Positions 45,738 through 54,390 of a DNA stretch of 64,000 nucleotides are shown here, one piece after another. A program made the position numbers and the translations under genes. The notes beneath the pieces are model-generated. The model was not told where the DNA came from and did not search any database. It saw only the letters and a program-made list of their open reading frames with translations. The stretch lies in NCBI GenBank assembly GCA_965207275.1, contig CBDBMH010000002.1, forward strand, positions 2,971,651-3,035,650, written 5' to 3'. The first letter of the stretch is position 1. Each line of letters begins with the position of its first letter. The DNA comes from Dehalococcoidia bacterium. GTDB lineage: Bacteria > Chloroflexota > Dehalococcoidia > Lucifugimonadales > UBA3495.

Positions 45738-45841
45738 TGGCTCGGGTTGGCAGGGATGTTTAAAGCTTTTGCTTGTGTTAAACTCTCTTAGCGTTTCCAC
45801 CGGGCCAGGACGCACATATAATTTCCACATATAAATTCAAT

Positions 45842-46819
45842 GTGAAAATATCGGAGGCGGGAGTGCAGGAAACCACTTCCCTGGCGGCAGTAGGCCACCG
45901 GATAGTTGAAAACGTGGGCAGGGTCATCGTGGGCAAGACATCGGCCGTGCAGCAGGCCCTGGCCACCCTTATTGCCCAGGGTCACATCCTGGTGGAGGAC
46001 GTGCCCGGGGTGGGCAAGACCACCCTGTCCAAGGCGCTGGCCATTTCCGTGGGATGCTCCTTCCAGCGCATCCAGTTCACGCCGGACCTGCTGCCCAGCG
46101 ACGTAACGGGCATATCGGTCTATAACCAGCAGAGCGGCGACTTCAATTTTCGCCCCGGTCCGATCATGTCCCAGGTGGTGCTGGCCGACGAAATCAACCG
46201 GGCAACCCCCAAGACCCAGGCGGCCCTGCTGGAGGCCATGGAGGAACTGCAGGTAACCGTGGACGGGGTTTCCCACGTCCTAGCGCCGCCCTTCATGGTG
46301 GTGGCCACCCAGAATCCCATTGAATACGAGGGCACCTTCCCCCTGCCCGAGGCGGAACTGGACCGGTTCCTGATGCGCCTCAGCCTGGGTTATCCGGACT
46401 TCAACGAAGAAATGGCCATCATCGAGCGGCAGGAGTTGACGCATCCCATTGACTCCCTGGAACCGGTGGCCACGCCGGAGGAAGTGACCGCGCTGCAGGA
46501 AGCGGCCAAGGAAGTGTACGTGGACCGCCTGGTGCGGCAGTACATCGTGTCCCTGACCGAGTCCACGCGGAACCACCGGGACATTGCCCTGGGAGCCTCG
46601 CCCCGGGCAACGCTGGGCCTGTTCCGCATAGCCCGGGCCATGGCCCTGGTGCAGGACCGGGACTACGTTATCCCGGACGACGTGAAATCGCTGGCGCCGG
46701 GGGTGCTGTCCCACCGCCTGGTGCTATCGCCATCGGCGCGGATGCGGGGCATCCGTTCCGACGAACTGATCAGCGACCTGTTGAACCAGATAAACGTGCC
46801 GGGAATGGCGCAGGTGTAG
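45842..46819 (+). CDS. MoxR-family AAA+ ATPase
   Basis: GHILVEDVPGVGKTT (Walker A), VVLADEINRA (Walker B), ALLEAMEE...VTV. GTG start. Confidence 0.9.
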   Translation: MKISEAGVQETTSLAAVGHRIVENVGRVIVGKTSAVQQALATLIAQGHILVEDVPGVGKTTLSKALAISVGCSFQRIQFTPDLLPSDVTGISVYNQQSGDFNFRPGPIMSQVVLADEINRATPKTQAALLEAMEELQVTVDGVSHVLAPPFMVVATQNPIEYEGTFPLPEAELDRFLMRLSLGYPDFNEEMAIIERQELTHPIDSLEPVATPEEVTALQEAAKEVYVDRLVRQYIVSLTESTRNHRDIALGASPRATLGLFRIARAMALVQDRDYVIPDDVKSLAPGVLSHRLVLSPSARMRGIRSDELISDLLNQINVPGMAQV

Positions 46820-46949
46820 GGGACAAGGGAGGGGTTTCGTACTTCCGAAATATTAGCGCAGGCCTTCGGTCTTTCCGGTCCAGCTGACCCTGACGGCATT
46901 CTTCCCCGGTTGAGTTCCAACCTGACCTTCTAATGCAGGTAACCGGACA

Positions 46950-48299
46950 TTGAGCAAGCGGACAATCGGCATACTGATCCTCCTGACGGTGATATCCTTC
47001 TACACGCTGGGCACCGGTTTTTCCTTCTTTTACCGTTTTCTTTACGTGATAGCCCTGGTGCTGCTTTTCGGTCTTTTCTGGGCGTGGCTGAATTTGCAGG
47101 GCCTGCAGGTGCGGCTGACGCGCCTGTCGCACCGGGGGCAGGTGGGCGGCTACCTGGACGGTCAGATACAGGTAGTCAACCGGTTCCGTTTCCCCAAGTC
47201 GTGGCTGGAAGTGCGGGAAGTTACGGACATCCCGGGTTACACCACAGGGCGAGGCATCGCCATGGTGCGGGACCAGTCCCGAAGCTGGCGCATTGAGACT
47301 TACCTGGCACGCCGGGGGGTGTTCAACACCGGCATAGTGGAAGTAACCAGCCAGGACCCCTTCGGCCTTTTCCGGCTCAGCCGCCGCTTCCTGGAATCGG
47401 AGCAGTACGTAGTCTTTCCGCCCACCGAACCGTTACCGGACCTGGACCCCCGATTCGCCTTCCTGCCGAGCGACCGACGGGTTACGCGCCGTTCGGACCA
47501 TATAACTCCCGAGTCCTCGGGGGTGCGGGAATATGTCTATGGGGACAGCTTCCGGCAGATTCACTGGCCCTACACGGCGCGGATGAACAACCTGATGGTC
47601 AAGGAATTTGACATGGGCCTGTCGGCGGAAGGGTGGGTGCTCCTGGATATGCAGCGGGGGTCCCACGTGGGCGACGACCCAGTGGACAACAGCGAGGAAT
47701 TGTCGGTAAAGACAGCGGCATCGCTGCTGAGTCGTTTTGACGAGCTTTCCATGCCCGTGGGCCTGGCGACCAACGGCGACCAGACGTGGATGATGCGGCC
47801 CGGCGCCGGCCCCGGCCACCTGGGCAACCTGCTGGAGGCCCTGGCCGGAGTGCGGGCGCGGGGCAGCGTAACCCTGGAACGATTCCTGTACGACCTGCAG
47901 CCCCACCTGAGCCGGTTCAACTCGCTGACGGTGGTAACACCCTCGCGCAGGACCGAGTGGATACCGGCGCTGAACAGCCTGCGCCGCGATGGGGTAAACG
48001 TAGCGGTGGTGTACGTGGAGCCGACGGACTTCGGAGCCACCGCGGAAGTTCAATCACCCCTGGACTTTCTCTTTTCCAACGATATACCGGTCTACCGCGT
48101 GCGTCGGGGGCAATCCCTGAACGAAGCGCTGAGCATGACCGTCTATGACCAGCCCTATCCTTTCATCGCGCCGCCGCCGGGCGCCGGAGCAGAGGAATCC
48201 GACAGCGGGTCCGAGAACGGGTCCGCTTCGGGGTCACCCCCGGTCCAGTTTGCCTACCAGGGCACGGACGACTCTACCCAGCGGGGGGTGTCGACGTGA
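46950..48299 (+). CDS. DUF58 (vWA-like) domain protein
   Basis: Two N-terminal TM helices and VREYVYGDSFRQIHWPYTARMNNLMVKEFD, the DUF58 signature. It lies downstream of moxR. Confidence 0.85.
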   Translation: MSKRTIGILILLTVISFYTLGTGFSFFYRFLYVIALVLLFGLFWAWLNLQGLQVRLTRLSHRGQVGGYLDGQIQVVNRFRFPKSWLEVREVTDIPGYTTGRGIAMVRDQSRSWRIETYLARRGVFNTGIVEVTSQDPFGLFRLSRRFLESEQYVVFPPTEPLPDLDPRFAFLPSDRRVTRRSDHITPESSGVREYVYGDSFRQIHWPYTARMNNLMVKEFDMGLSAEGWVLLDMQRGSHVGDDPVDNSEELSVKTAASLLSRFDELSMPVGLATNGDQTWMMRPGAGPGHLGNLLEALAGVRARGSVTLERFLYDLQPHLSRFNSLTVVTPSRRTEWIPALNSLRRDGVNVAVVYVEPTDFGATAEVQSPLDFLFSNDIPVYRVRRGQSLNEALSMTVYDQPYPFIAPPPGAGAEESDSGSENGSASGSPPVQFAYQGTDDSTQRGVST

Positions 48300-50854
48300 C
48301 CAGCGCAACCCAGGCCAGCATGGGACAGACGGCGGCCAACGGCAGGGGTTTCTCGGTTGAGCCGATAGGCAGGGGCGTATTGTGGCTGTGGCGGTATGGA
48401 CGTCCCCCGGATGGCTGGGCCACGGTGTTCCTGCTGGCGCTGAACCTGATGGTGGTGGCCTGGTCGGTGGACAGAGGGGGCGACTGGGTGCCCACGCCCA
48501 GCCTGGAATTTTTGATCCTGGCAGCAATGCTGACGGGGCTGGTGTTGGCGCGAATACCGGTGTGGGCGATCCTGTTGCTGCCGGTGGGACTGGTTATTGG
48601 CGTATGGGTCATAACGGTCCAGTTGACGGGATTTGACGGAGAGGGAATCAACGTCGCCACCGCCGGCGAGCTCTACGACCGGCTGAGCCTCTGGTGGGTG
48701 GCCTTCCAGTCGGGCGGGATAAACATAGACCGGGTGCCCTTCGCCTTCGCCCTGATGTCACTGACCTGGATGGCCGGTTATTTTGCCGCCTGGGCATTGT
48801 TCCGGCTACGCAACTTCTGGGGCGTTTTCGTAGTGGGCGGAGCAGCGCTGATTTCCAACCTGACCTTCCTGCCCTCCGATGCCATGGAATACATAGGCAT
48901 TTACCTGCTGACGGCCCTGCTGCTGCTGGCCCGGGTGCAGGCAGTGCGACGCTTGAATGAGTGGAAGGAACGGGGCTTCCAGGCCGACAGCCACCTGGGA
49001 ATTCTGTCGGTTTCGGACAGCGTGATAGTAACTCTGGTGGTGCTGCTGCTGGCTTTTCTGGTGGTTCCCAGAATTGTGCCCGGCGACCGGTTCTGGCAAC
49101 CGGCCCACGACCTGTATGAATACCAGCGCTCACCCCTGGTCAAGTACCAGGAGGACTTCAACCGCCTGTTTGCGGGGCTGCCGGCGCGCAAGCCGCTGCC
49201 CTACCGGATCTGGGGAGACGTTATGGCCTTCCAGGGGACAATCAATCCAACCACCACGCCGGTGCTGCAGGTGGAATCCCCGGTGGCGATGTACTGGAAG
49301 GCGCGCAGCTACGGCACCTACACGCCCAAGGGCTGGAAGTCGGAGGAAACGATAATACAGCCCACCGACTGGACGCCGTCCCATTCGTCGCCGCAGCCAT
49401 ACGAAAGGCGGTTCGAGGTTACGCACACCCTGACGCCCAATTACCGCACACGCAACCTGTTCGCGGGAGGGCAGGTGATCTCCTCGGACCGGGACGTGCG
49501 CATCGAGACGTACGATTCTCCGGTGTATAACATTGACCTGAGCGGGCCGCTACAGGTGGGGCAGAATTACCCCAAGCTGGACCTGGCCACCATCAACCTG
49601 GACCGGACGCTGCGCGAATCGGGCCCCACGGCCAGCCGGTCCCAGCTTGCCCAGGCCCTCCCGGCCGGACTGCACCTGGTGGACGTGGCAAGGGACGGGG
49701 AGTGGGTGCAAGACGTGACGGTGGCGGAGATTCTGCCGGAGCAGCCGGACACCCTGTCCCTGCGAACCGCGGGCAGGGAATTCAAGCAGGGCGAGACCTA
49801 TGAGGTTACCGCCTCCGTATCCCTGGCCACGCCGGAAGACCTGCGCCTGGCGGGGCTGGACTATCCCACATGGGCGCTGGCCAAATACACCGCGCTGCCC
49901 CCGGAGGTTCCCCAGCGGGTGCGCGAACTGGGTCGGGAGTTGACGGCCGGGGCGGAGACGCCGTATGACAAGGCCAAGGCCATAGAGGCCTACCTGAAAA
50001 CCTTCCCTTACTCGCTGTCCATCGAGGCGCCGCCCTATGACGCCGACGGGGTAGACTACTTCCTGTTCGAACAGAAGACAGGGTACAGCGAGTACTTCGC
50101 TTCCGCCATGACCGTGCTGCTGCGCACCCAAGGGATTCCCGCACGGATGGTTACCGGCTACACCGTGGGGAACCAGGTGCCGGAGCATGAAATCTACGTG
50201 GTTACCGACAGCCACAGCCACGGGTGGGTGGAGGTCTTCTTCCCCCGCTACGGATGGATCAGCTTTGAACCCACGCCAGGGGCAACCATACCCATCGCAA
50301 CCCGACCGGCGCCGGTGGAATCTCCCGACCTCAGCGATTTGCCCTCGGTGGCCCTGGATATTCCGCTCTGCGAATTTGAGGACGAGGAAGACTGCGAGGA
50401 GGAATTCCTGATCGAAGCGCAGGCAGGTCAGGAGGAAAACCCGCTGGCGATAAGGTTGCTGGAGCAATACCTTCCGTGGCTGGCAGGCGTCCTGGTCTTC
50501 CTGGCCATAGTTGCCGGACTGGCTGGGTTCTTCTGGCGGCGGTACATGGCACCATCACGGGACCCGGAAATTGCCTTCCGGCGCCTGGCCTTCCTGGCTC
50601 GTCTCAACGCCCTGGCGCCGGCCAGTTACCAGACTCCCTTCCAGTACCTGGAAACGCTGTATGGGGAAATGCCCGACCAGCGGCAGCAGCTTTCAACTAT
50701 CATCGGCAGTTACGTCAGACACCTGTACGGCCGCAAGGAAACGGATGAAGAGGAATCGGAACGCCTGGTGCAGGCCTGGCTGGAAATCCGGTTGGCCCTC
50801 CTTTTCCACCTGCTGCGGCGGCGCGGACAGACCGAGGAGGCAGCGGCAGCATGA
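48296..50854 (+). CDS. transglutaminase-like membrane protein (TgpA-like), with Ser at the expected nucleophile position
   Basis: N-terminal multi-TM region. Core GYSEYFASAMTVLLRTQGIPARMVTGY...SHGWVEVFFPRYGWISFEPTP. Its start overlaps the DUF58 gene stop. Confidence 0.82.
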   Translation: MTSATQASMGQTAANGRGFSVEPIGRGVLWLWRYGRPPDGWATVFLLALNLMVVAWSVDRGGDWVPTPSLEFLILAAMLTGLVLARIPVWAILLLPVGLVIGVWVITVQLTGFDGEGINVATAGELYDRLSLWWVAFQSGGINIDRVPFAFALMSLTWMAGYFAAWALFRLRNFWGVFVVGGAALISNLTFLPSDAMEYIGIYLLTALLLLARVQAVRRLNEWKERGFQADSHLGILSVSDSVIVTLVVLLLAFLVVPRIVPGDRFWQPAHDLYEYQRSPLVKYQEDFNRLFAGLPARKPLPYRIWGDVMAFQGTINPTTTPVLQVESPVAMYWKARSYGTYTPKGWKSEETIIQPTDWTPSHSSPQPYERRFEVTHTLTPNYRTRNLFAGGQVISSDRDVRIETYDSPVYNIDLSGPLQVGQNYPKLDLATINLDRTLRESGPTASRSQLAQALPAGLHLVDVARDGEWVQDVTVAEILPEQPDTLSLRTAGREFKQGETYEVTASVSLATPEDLRLAGLDYPTWALAKYTALPPEVPQRVRELGRELTAGAETPYDKAKAIEAYLKTFPYSLSIEAPPYDADGVDYFLFEQKTGYSEYFASAMTVLLRTQGIPARMVTGYTVGNQVPEHEIYVVTDSHSHGWVEVFFPRYGWISFEPTPGATIPIATRPAPVESPDLSDLPSVALDIPLCEFEDEEDCEEEFLIEAQAGQEENPLAIRLLEQYLPWLAGVLVFLAIVAGLAGFFWRRYMAPSRDPEIAFRRLAFLARLNALAPASYQTPFQYLETLYGEMPDQRQQLSTIIGSYVRHLYGRKETDEEESERLVQAWLEIRLALLFHLLRRRGQTEEAAAA

Positions 50855-51378
50855 GCGCATTCAGTTATTGCATCATACCAGGGCCCCAGGGCTGGATTGG
50901 CCTGGCGGGTACCGACGACGGCCTGACCCGTCTCAGCATGAAGCCTACGCCGGAAGAGGTGCTGGAAGACCTGGAGGAGGACATCCGGCATTGCCAGCCG
51001 GACGAAGGGGCCTTCCCCCAGGCCCGGCAGTGCCTGGACCGTTATTTCCAGGGGGATACCAGCGCCCTGGGCGAAATAGTCCTGGACCTGAGCGGCGCGC
51101 CTCCCTTCTTCGCGGCCGCCTGGGAGGCCTGCCGTTCCATCCCGGCGGGAGAAACCCGCAGCTATGCCTGGCTGGCGGCCGAAGCGGGGCGGCCCAACGC
51201 GGCCCGGGCGGCGGGACAGGCCATGGCCAAGAATCCGCTGGCCCTGGTCATACCGTGCCACCGGGTAATCGGCAGCAACGGCGACCTGCACGGCTACGGC
51301 GCGGGAGGCCTGGGCGTGAAGGCCCGCCTGCTGCAGATGGAGCAGGAACGGCTGCCACTGGCTATTGAAGGCGCATAG
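50851..51378 (+). CDS. ogt: methylated-DNA--protein-cysteine methyltransferase
   Basis: IPCHRVIG active site and a YAWLAAEAGRPNAARAAGQAMAKNP helix. ATGA start/stop overlap with the upstream gene. Confidence 0.9.
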   Translation: MSAFSYCIIPGPQGWIGLAGTDDGLTRLSMKPTPEEVLEDLEEDIRHCQPDEGAFPQARQCLDRYFQGDTSALGEIVLDLSGAPPFFAAAWEACRSIPAGETRSYAWLAAEAGRPNAARAAGQAMAKNPLALVIPCHRVIGSNGDLHGYGAGGLGVKARLLQMEQERLPLAIEGA

Positions 51379-51618
51379 CACTACAGGTCTGTTCCAGGCG
51401 CAAGAGGGCGCCGCACCAGCAAAATCCGGCCACCTGATTGCGAACGGGCATTTTCGACCGTTCGCGCCTCTCTAGTTGAGCGCCATCCGGGCCCCAAGTC
51501 CCGATTTATCAGGGCAAACGCATTCTAAATTGAGAGAGCTTCGCTAACCATCTTTCCGGCTCAGGCTGGAGTCCAGCGGGCCCTCCCGGTAGAAGAGATG
51601 GTATCCGGCAGGGATTCT

Positions 51619-51648
51619 CTGGACTCCGGCTTTCGCCGGAGTGACTGG
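51619..51648. repeat. REP-like hairpin (GGACTCCGGC-tttc-GCCGGAGTGAC), second copy of the 27428 type
   Basis: Direct comparison with 27428..27457. Confidence 0.5.
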
Positions 51649-52010
51649 TGAGAAGATAAGAATGCGTTTGTCCTGCCCGATTTGTGCATCGGCTTGCCAG
51701 GCTATTAATCCGCCCGTCCTGGTCCAACATCCCGCTTGCCTCAATCAGGCCAGGCAAATTCAGCATTATGCGCTGTCCCAATTCCGCCACAATTCCGCAA
51801 CTCATACACCCAAGTCGAAACGCCTGCTCAACCTGGCACCCGAACTTTTCAACGTTGAGGCGTTACTGTCCGCAAATCGGAAAGGTGAGGGTTTTGACGG
51901 ATTACGTTACATCATTGACTTAATGCTCCATTAACATTATCGTATTTGCGGTTTTTCTGTTTGGGGTAAACTGAAACCACCATTCCATATTTTAGGGAGG
52001 AACTTAATAA

Positions 52011-53942
52011 GTGAACCCGAGAACTAAGGGCCGGCGGCGCATTGGGCGCTGGCTGGTCGTCCTAACCGCGATTACAGCTCTATTTGTCGTGGCCTGCGGT
52101 GGAGCGGAATCTCCCACCACTGCGCCAGCAACCTCATCCACCGATGCAGCCGCCCCTGCCCCCGCCGCCGCCGAACCCGCGGCGCCGGCAACCAGCGCCG
52201 ATTCCGGAGCGATGACCGACACGGGCTCCGAATCCATGACGGATTCGGGTTCCCAGACCATGACCGACTCCGGTTCGGGAAGCGGAAGCCCGGAACCGGC
52301 CATGCAGCCGACCAACACTCCGGTGCCCACCGTGCAGCCCACGCCGAGGCCGGTGGAGGTCATGGCAGAGTCTGCCCGGGACGACGTAGTTATCGTCATC
52401 AACGAAGAACCTTCAATCCCGGACCCCTGGATCAGCACCACCCTGTACCCCAACCAGATAATCCACAACATCGCCCAGCCCATCTCCTTCTTCGGGCCGG
52501 ACTTCACCGATACTGCCACTGCCGGATTCACCGGTTTCGAGCAGTATGAACCCAACAAGTGGCGTCTGTCGCTGCGGGAAGGCGTAACCTTCCACAATGG
52601 AGAACCCTGGAACGCGGAAGCCGCCGCCTACACCATAAACCAGCTTGGCGGCAACGTGGAATACCAGCCTTATTCGCAGGTACGCGAGGCCCATGCCGAA
52701 ATCGTGGATGACTACACCGTGGACTTCATCTGCGACAGCGCCGCGGGCTGCCCCGTGCTGCCGCGCTTCGGCCAGTTCCACATCTTCGTCGCGCCGGGCT
52801 ACCACCAGAACGTTTCCCAGGAAGAGCGGGACGCCTCCGGCCAGGTAATCGGCTGGGGCCCCTACGTCTGGGGAGAATATGTGCGCGGCGAGTCCATCTC
52901 CCTGTCCGCCTACGAGGGCTACGTGGAACCGCAGCCGATAAACTTCATCACCCAGGCCCCGTCCATCAAGGACGCCCAGTACATCTGGCGTTCGGAAGAG
53001 ACGGTGCGCTCCGCGATGATCCAGACCGGCGAGGCCGACCTGTCCTGGGCGGTGTCCATTGACCAGGCCGAGCCCATCAATAACAGCGAGCATGGCAAGA
53101 CGGTCAAGGTAGTTTCCGGCGAGGTGTACACCATCAACGTGGACACCATCTGGCACCCAGAACTGCGGAAGCTGGAAGTGCGCCAGGCCCTGACCCACGC
53201 CATCAACTGCGAAGAGCTGGCCCTGGCCTTCTTCGGCCCCGAGTCCCGGTGCTCCAGCGGCCCCAACGGCATTCCGGGCACCCTGGGCGTGAACGAGGAA
53301 AACTGGCACCCGATCTACGAGTACGACCCGGAAAAGGCGAAGGAACTGCTGGCCCAGGCCAACTACGATCCTGACAACAAGATCGAGTTCTGGACCCGCG
53401 CCGGCCGCTACGCCAAGGACGTGGAGATTACCGAGTCTCTGATCACCTTCTGGCAGGACGTGGGCCTGAACGTGGAGGCGCAGGTAGTGGAGGGCAGCGT
53501 TTGGCGGGACCGCCATCTGACGGGCCCGGCCGTTACCTACGACGCGGAGGTTGAGGCTGGCAAGAGTTCCGAGGAAGCTGCCGCCGCAGTGCCGCAGAAT
53601 GACCCGCCCCGGACCGGCGCTTCACCGGGACTGGTGTTCTTCGCCCCCGGCGGCGAGTACTTCGACTTTGGCCGCCAGATCAACTTCTACATGAGCTGCG
53701 CGTCCAACCGCTCCAAGAACTGCAACGCCGACTGGCATGCCCTGGGTCAGCAGGCCCTGGCTTCCACCGGCGACGAACGGCGGGAGCTGATGACGGAAGC
53801 CTATGAGCTGTTCTCCGAGAACCTGCTGCAGCTTCCCATGATGGAAATCGTGTCCGTGTGGGGGGTCAACAAGGACCTGGAGTTCGTCAACATGCCCGGC
53901 GGCCGCCGCATCCTGATCAACACCATGACGTGGACGCAGTAG
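52011..53942 (+). CDS. ABC transporter substrate-binding lipoprotein, family 5
   Basis: GTG start after GGGAGGA. Lipobox LFVVAC-G. Low-complexity (MTD[ST]GS) repeats. The core WRLSLREGVTFHNGEPWNA is paralogous to 37829..39688. Confidence 0.85.
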   Translation: MNPRTKGRRRIGRWLVVLTAITALFVVACGGAESPTTAPATSSTDAAAPAPAAAEPAAPATSADSGAMTDTGSESMTDSGSQTMTDSGSGSGSPEPAMQPTNTPVPTVQPTPRPVEVMAESARDDVVIVINEEPSIPDPWISTTLYPNQIIHNIAQPISFFGPDFTDTATAGFTGFEQYEPNKWRLSLREGVTFHNGEPWNAEAAAYTINQLGGNVEYQPYSQVREAHAEIVDDYTVDFICDSAAGCPVLPRFGQFHIFVAPGYHQNVSQEERDASGQVIGWGPYVWGEYVRGESISLSAYEGYVEPQPINFITQAPSIKDAQYIWRSEETVRSAMIQTGEADLSWAVSIDQAEPINNSEHGKTVKVVSGEVYTINVDTIWHPELRKLEVRQALTHAINCEELALAFFGPESRCSSGPNGIPGTLGVNEENWHPIYEYDPEKAKELLAQANYDPDNKIEFWTRAGRYAKDVEITESLITFWQDVGLNVEAQVVEGSVWRDRHLTGPAVTYDAEVEAGKSSEEAAAAVPQNDPPRTGASPGLVFFAPGGEYFDFGRQINFYMSCASNRSKNCNADWHALGQQALASTGDERRELMTEAYELFSENLLQLPMMEIVSVWGVNKDLEFVNMPGGRRILINTMTWTQ

Positions 53943-53978
53943 GCGGCCGCCTCAACCTTATACCAAGGTAAACAGCAG

Positions 53979-54010
53979 CGCCCCCGGATGTAGTGTCCGG
54001 GGGCGTTTTC
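53979..54010 (+). terminator. intrinsic terminator after the SBP gene
   Basis: CGCCCCCGGA-tgtagtg-TCCGGGGGCG followed by TTTT. Confidence 0.8.
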
Positions 54011-54064
54011 TGTATTGGTGTCCGGGGGTTGTCGGTGCAAGAGTTGCTCCCGTTTCCCCGGGTT

Positions 54065-54094
54065 GTCATTCTGAACGGAGTGAAGAATCTAAAC
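54065..54094 (-). repeat. dispersed-repeat A-core variant (GTCATTCTGAACGGAGTGAAGAATCTAAAC)
   Basis: Same GTCAyyCTGA-[insert]-GAAGrrTCTAAA frame as the reverse complement of the A-core. Confidence 0.5.
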
Positions 54095-54106
54095 TGCTAG
54101 AGGACA

Positions 54107-54296
54107 GGAGTGTTTCTTGGGGCCGGGAGGTTAGACCCTTCGGCTAGCTCAGGGTGACAACGGTCTTTGCTCCGCCCACACCTTTCCAATTTACAAGGCC
54201 TGGAGTGTTTCTTGAGGCCGGGAGGTTAGACCCTTCGGCAAGCTCAGGGTGACAGCGGCCTTTGTTCCGCCCACACCTTTCCAATTTACAAGGGTG
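54107..54296 (+). repeat. 2 x 95-nt tandem duplication, each unit containing an A-core
   Basis: Units 54107..54201 and 54202..54296 differ at 5 positions in the first 92 nt (hand alignment). Confidence 0.9.
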
Positions 54297-54390
54297 ACAT
54301 GCAGGACGATTGGGTCAACGCTCCCATTTCCCTGCTTCGTACAACTCCGAAAGAGTTCGTGGATTAGTTTTTCCCAAAGGGCTGTGCCGA

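Noticed and set aside
43600-45840. Possibility that the repeat field, or the 95-nt tandem at 54107, is a CRISPR array.
   Set aside because: The repeats are not uniform in length or spacing and occur in both orientations. They are 26-160 nt with variable inserts, and no cas genes other than a lone Cas4-like nuclease 15 kb away are present.
51509-51805. 98-aa minus ORF in the ogt-SBP intergenic region.
   Set aside because: Its 3' half is translated from the REP-like hairpin (…GESRSPENP…), and no Shine-Dalgarno or recognisable domain is present. It is likely spurious or a remnant.
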